A DNA stretch of 63,950 nucleotides, filler included, from Collodictyon triciliatum (taxonomy: Eukaryota): assembly GCA_043381765.1 (NCBI GenBank). It is 14 parts of 14 records of this genome, joined end to end, with 100 filler letters (N's around TTAATTAATTAA, not from the genome) between each part and the next. Parts side by side here need not be neighbours in the genome. Positions count along the whole stretch, not along the records: positions 61,576 to 63,950 come from JBHJMP010005983.1; 13 more parts are not named here. One strand, 5' to 3'. Under the pieces are notes generated by a model. That model worked only from the letters and a program-made list of their open reading frames with translations. It was not told the origin of the DNA and did not search any database. The position numbers were made by a program, and so were the translations under genes. Positions 61,746-63,950 of the stretch are shown here, one piece after another. The number at the start of each line of letters is the position of its first letter. Position 1 is the first letter of the stretch.

Positions 61746-62818
61746 CGGGTGGTTGCTTCAAGGTAGAATGCTCACAGAGCACCACGGATGGACGTAGAAA
61801 CGATGTAACAAAGAGCCCTCATTTGCAAGATTCTCCAATACAGGGGTGTTTATATTTTTTGCTGCGTGGAGACTTGTATCACCCCAGCCCACGTCGTCCT
61901 ACATTTATGAACGTCAAGGAGTCGAGGGGCGTTGTATTTCTTACTGATAATTTATCGGTAGTTTTTTTCTTTCAAAAAACAAACAAACAAACAAACAATC
62001 AATCAAAGTTCGAGTGTAGATAGAAATAAACATATGTAAGAAAAGTGCCCAGCAAAAGTCATTTTTTGGATTACAAAAATACCATAAGGATGAGGACAAT
62101 GTTTGGACGACTTCCATTCGCAAGAATACAAGGCAGAATCGAAAAGAAAAGCAGAATACACATCATTTTTCTTTCCTTCTTGCCCTTTTGCGAATAATCC
62201 TTGTTTATATGCTATTTTGTATTAAGCTATCTGATGGTATTCGAATGGAAAGGTAAAAAAAGAAAAAAAGAAGCCAATGTTTTTTTTCAGATATGCGCAT
62301 TCACATGCAAGTTCACAATCTAATAAGCTTTTCTGCAACCTTTGAATCGAATAAAGGAAAAAAAAAAAGCTTTTCTGCAACACTGTGTCGTTTTGCATAT
62401 ATACACATCACGAATTTCTGATTTTCTTCTTCCGTTTTTCTTTTTGTTTTGTTTATTACAGTATTCAATGGTTGTTAATTTATTCCCGAGCGCTTTTAAT
62501 CGTTTCATGAAATGTGTTGCCAAAATATGGGGACTCAAATCGTAATTGGATGCCGGTAAAAAGTAACAATAACCACAGTCATAAAAAAGGAGATTGATAT
62601 TACTGTCTTACGACCTGAATACTTCGATAATTAAACAAACATGCATATATGTTTATTCGTGGATGCAAATACTTTCTTCCACTTTTTTTTTGTATGAACT
62701 GAATATAGTTCTTTTAAGCATCACATTTTTTGTATTTTTACTATGGCGAGTTTTATGTGGAAAAAAAATGATAAGAGACACACGAAGGTAGTATGCTCTA
62801 TTTTTTGCCTTCAAAAAT

Positions 62819-63710
62819 TTAAGAGGGTTTCGACTGCTTGAAAGATTTTAAATTGTCTTTAACTCTAGAATCAACCCGTTGCAGAAAAGCCATTTTATCC
62901 AGGTAGCTATCACACCCATTTTTGCATGTGGTTAAATGCGTACATTTGCATAAGTAGGAACTCGGAAGATAGAAAAGAAACGTGGATCGGAAAGTGAAAA
63001 AATTATTTAAGTTGTTACTCTTGTAGTATAAGGTGCACTCACCCAGTCTTTGTGGCGTGTTTCAATTCATCCGATATCTTGGATGTCTCTTTGTACTCGG
63101 TCCAATCTATTCTTGACTTTTCCAACGTGCTCATTTTCTTTTTTTTCCCAATATCCGCCAAAATATCATCCAGATTGTTCGATGACCTGTATTTTTTTTT
63201 TTTTTGAGATTAGGAGTGGATTTATCGGTAGGCAAGTGCTACTATCAAAGACGAAAGCATAGCATACCAGATTGGCAAGAGAAAGTATAGAAAAAAACAA
63301 CATCAAACGTATTGTACTTTTTCATCAATTCGTCACGTTTTTCTTCATTTTTGAGGGCTTCGTTCAGTTTCTTTTCCTCTTTTGAACCAGAAAGGACAGT
63401 CCTCTCAACTCTAGGAAAAAAAATGCACATGATTCTTTTACTTCTTTCCTTGTCAAGATGGATATGCGTATTTGTAGTGGTAAATAATTTCATAAGGGAT
63501 TACAATTGCCATTTTAAATTGACAAAGAAAGAAAATTTCCCGTGCTTATCTGATAAAAAAAAACAAAAAAAAACAAAAAGAATTCTATTGAATTGAGCAA
63601 AATTAAATAAATTGAAAAAAAAGAAGAAATAAACTTTATTCTCTCTCCAGCAAAGTCCAAGACCTCTGATACTTTGACAAATTTTTGCTCTGTCGATGCC
63701 AAAGTCATCG
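62819..63710 (-). CDS. CFDP1: BCNT-domain protein CFDP1/Swc5, 5' partial
   Basis: VKVSEVLDFAGE; LDDILADIGKK.KMSTLEKSRIDWTEYK..ISDELKHATKTG|YLDKMAFLQRVD..*. Confidence 0.85.
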
Positions 63711-63860
63711 CTGATTCGTGTTATTTTCTCATGTTAAGATGATAACACACAGGAGTTGGAAATAGTAAATTGCTTATCAATTTCGATATAAAAAAAGAAG
63801 GAAAATGCGAAGCTACAAAATGGTCTAAAAGCAAAAAATTGAGAACAAGTTTTACATGAG

Positions 63861-63900
<40 letters not shown>

Positions 63901-63950
63901 GAATAAAAGTATTTTTTTTTTTTAAAAAAAAATTTATTTGAAATAGCTTT

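Overview
Eukaryotic (protist-like, intron-rich, microsatellite-rich) draft DNA, not a contiguous locus. The window is 14 unplaced scaffolds of about 4.63-4.64 kb, sorted by decreasing length and joined by an artificial 100-bp linker (44 N + TTAATTAATTAA + 44 N), so neighbourhood across linkers is meaningless. Recognisable content: a U2 snRNA gene; three tRNAs (Met-CAT, Glu-TTC, Pro-TGG); complete or near-complete genes for IMPDH, HSBP1, Mog1 and an ArsB/NhaD-type permease; partial genes for a filamin-HECT E3 ligase, Imp4, a RING-H2 protein, a Rab5/21/22-like GTPase, a PH protein, a TMEM70/223-like protein, Sin3, a NACHT NTPase, a RasGAP-like/DEP protein, a repeat-rich IPT/TIG surface protein, an ABCG transporter, an LRR protein, an EF-hand TKL kinase and CFDP1/Swc5. 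The most unexplained region is scaffold 1 (1-4644). There U2 sits between two near-identical inverted copies of an unidentified ~95-nt candidate small-RNA gene (TATA box, GNRA hairpin, T5 end, AG|GTATG donor-like site). It is followed by what looks like the left end of a Polinton/Maverick-like element (AGTAGT terminus, perfect 17-bp AT hairpin, integrase N-terminus). Exon boundaries were read by eye and family calls rest on motif recognition, not database searches.
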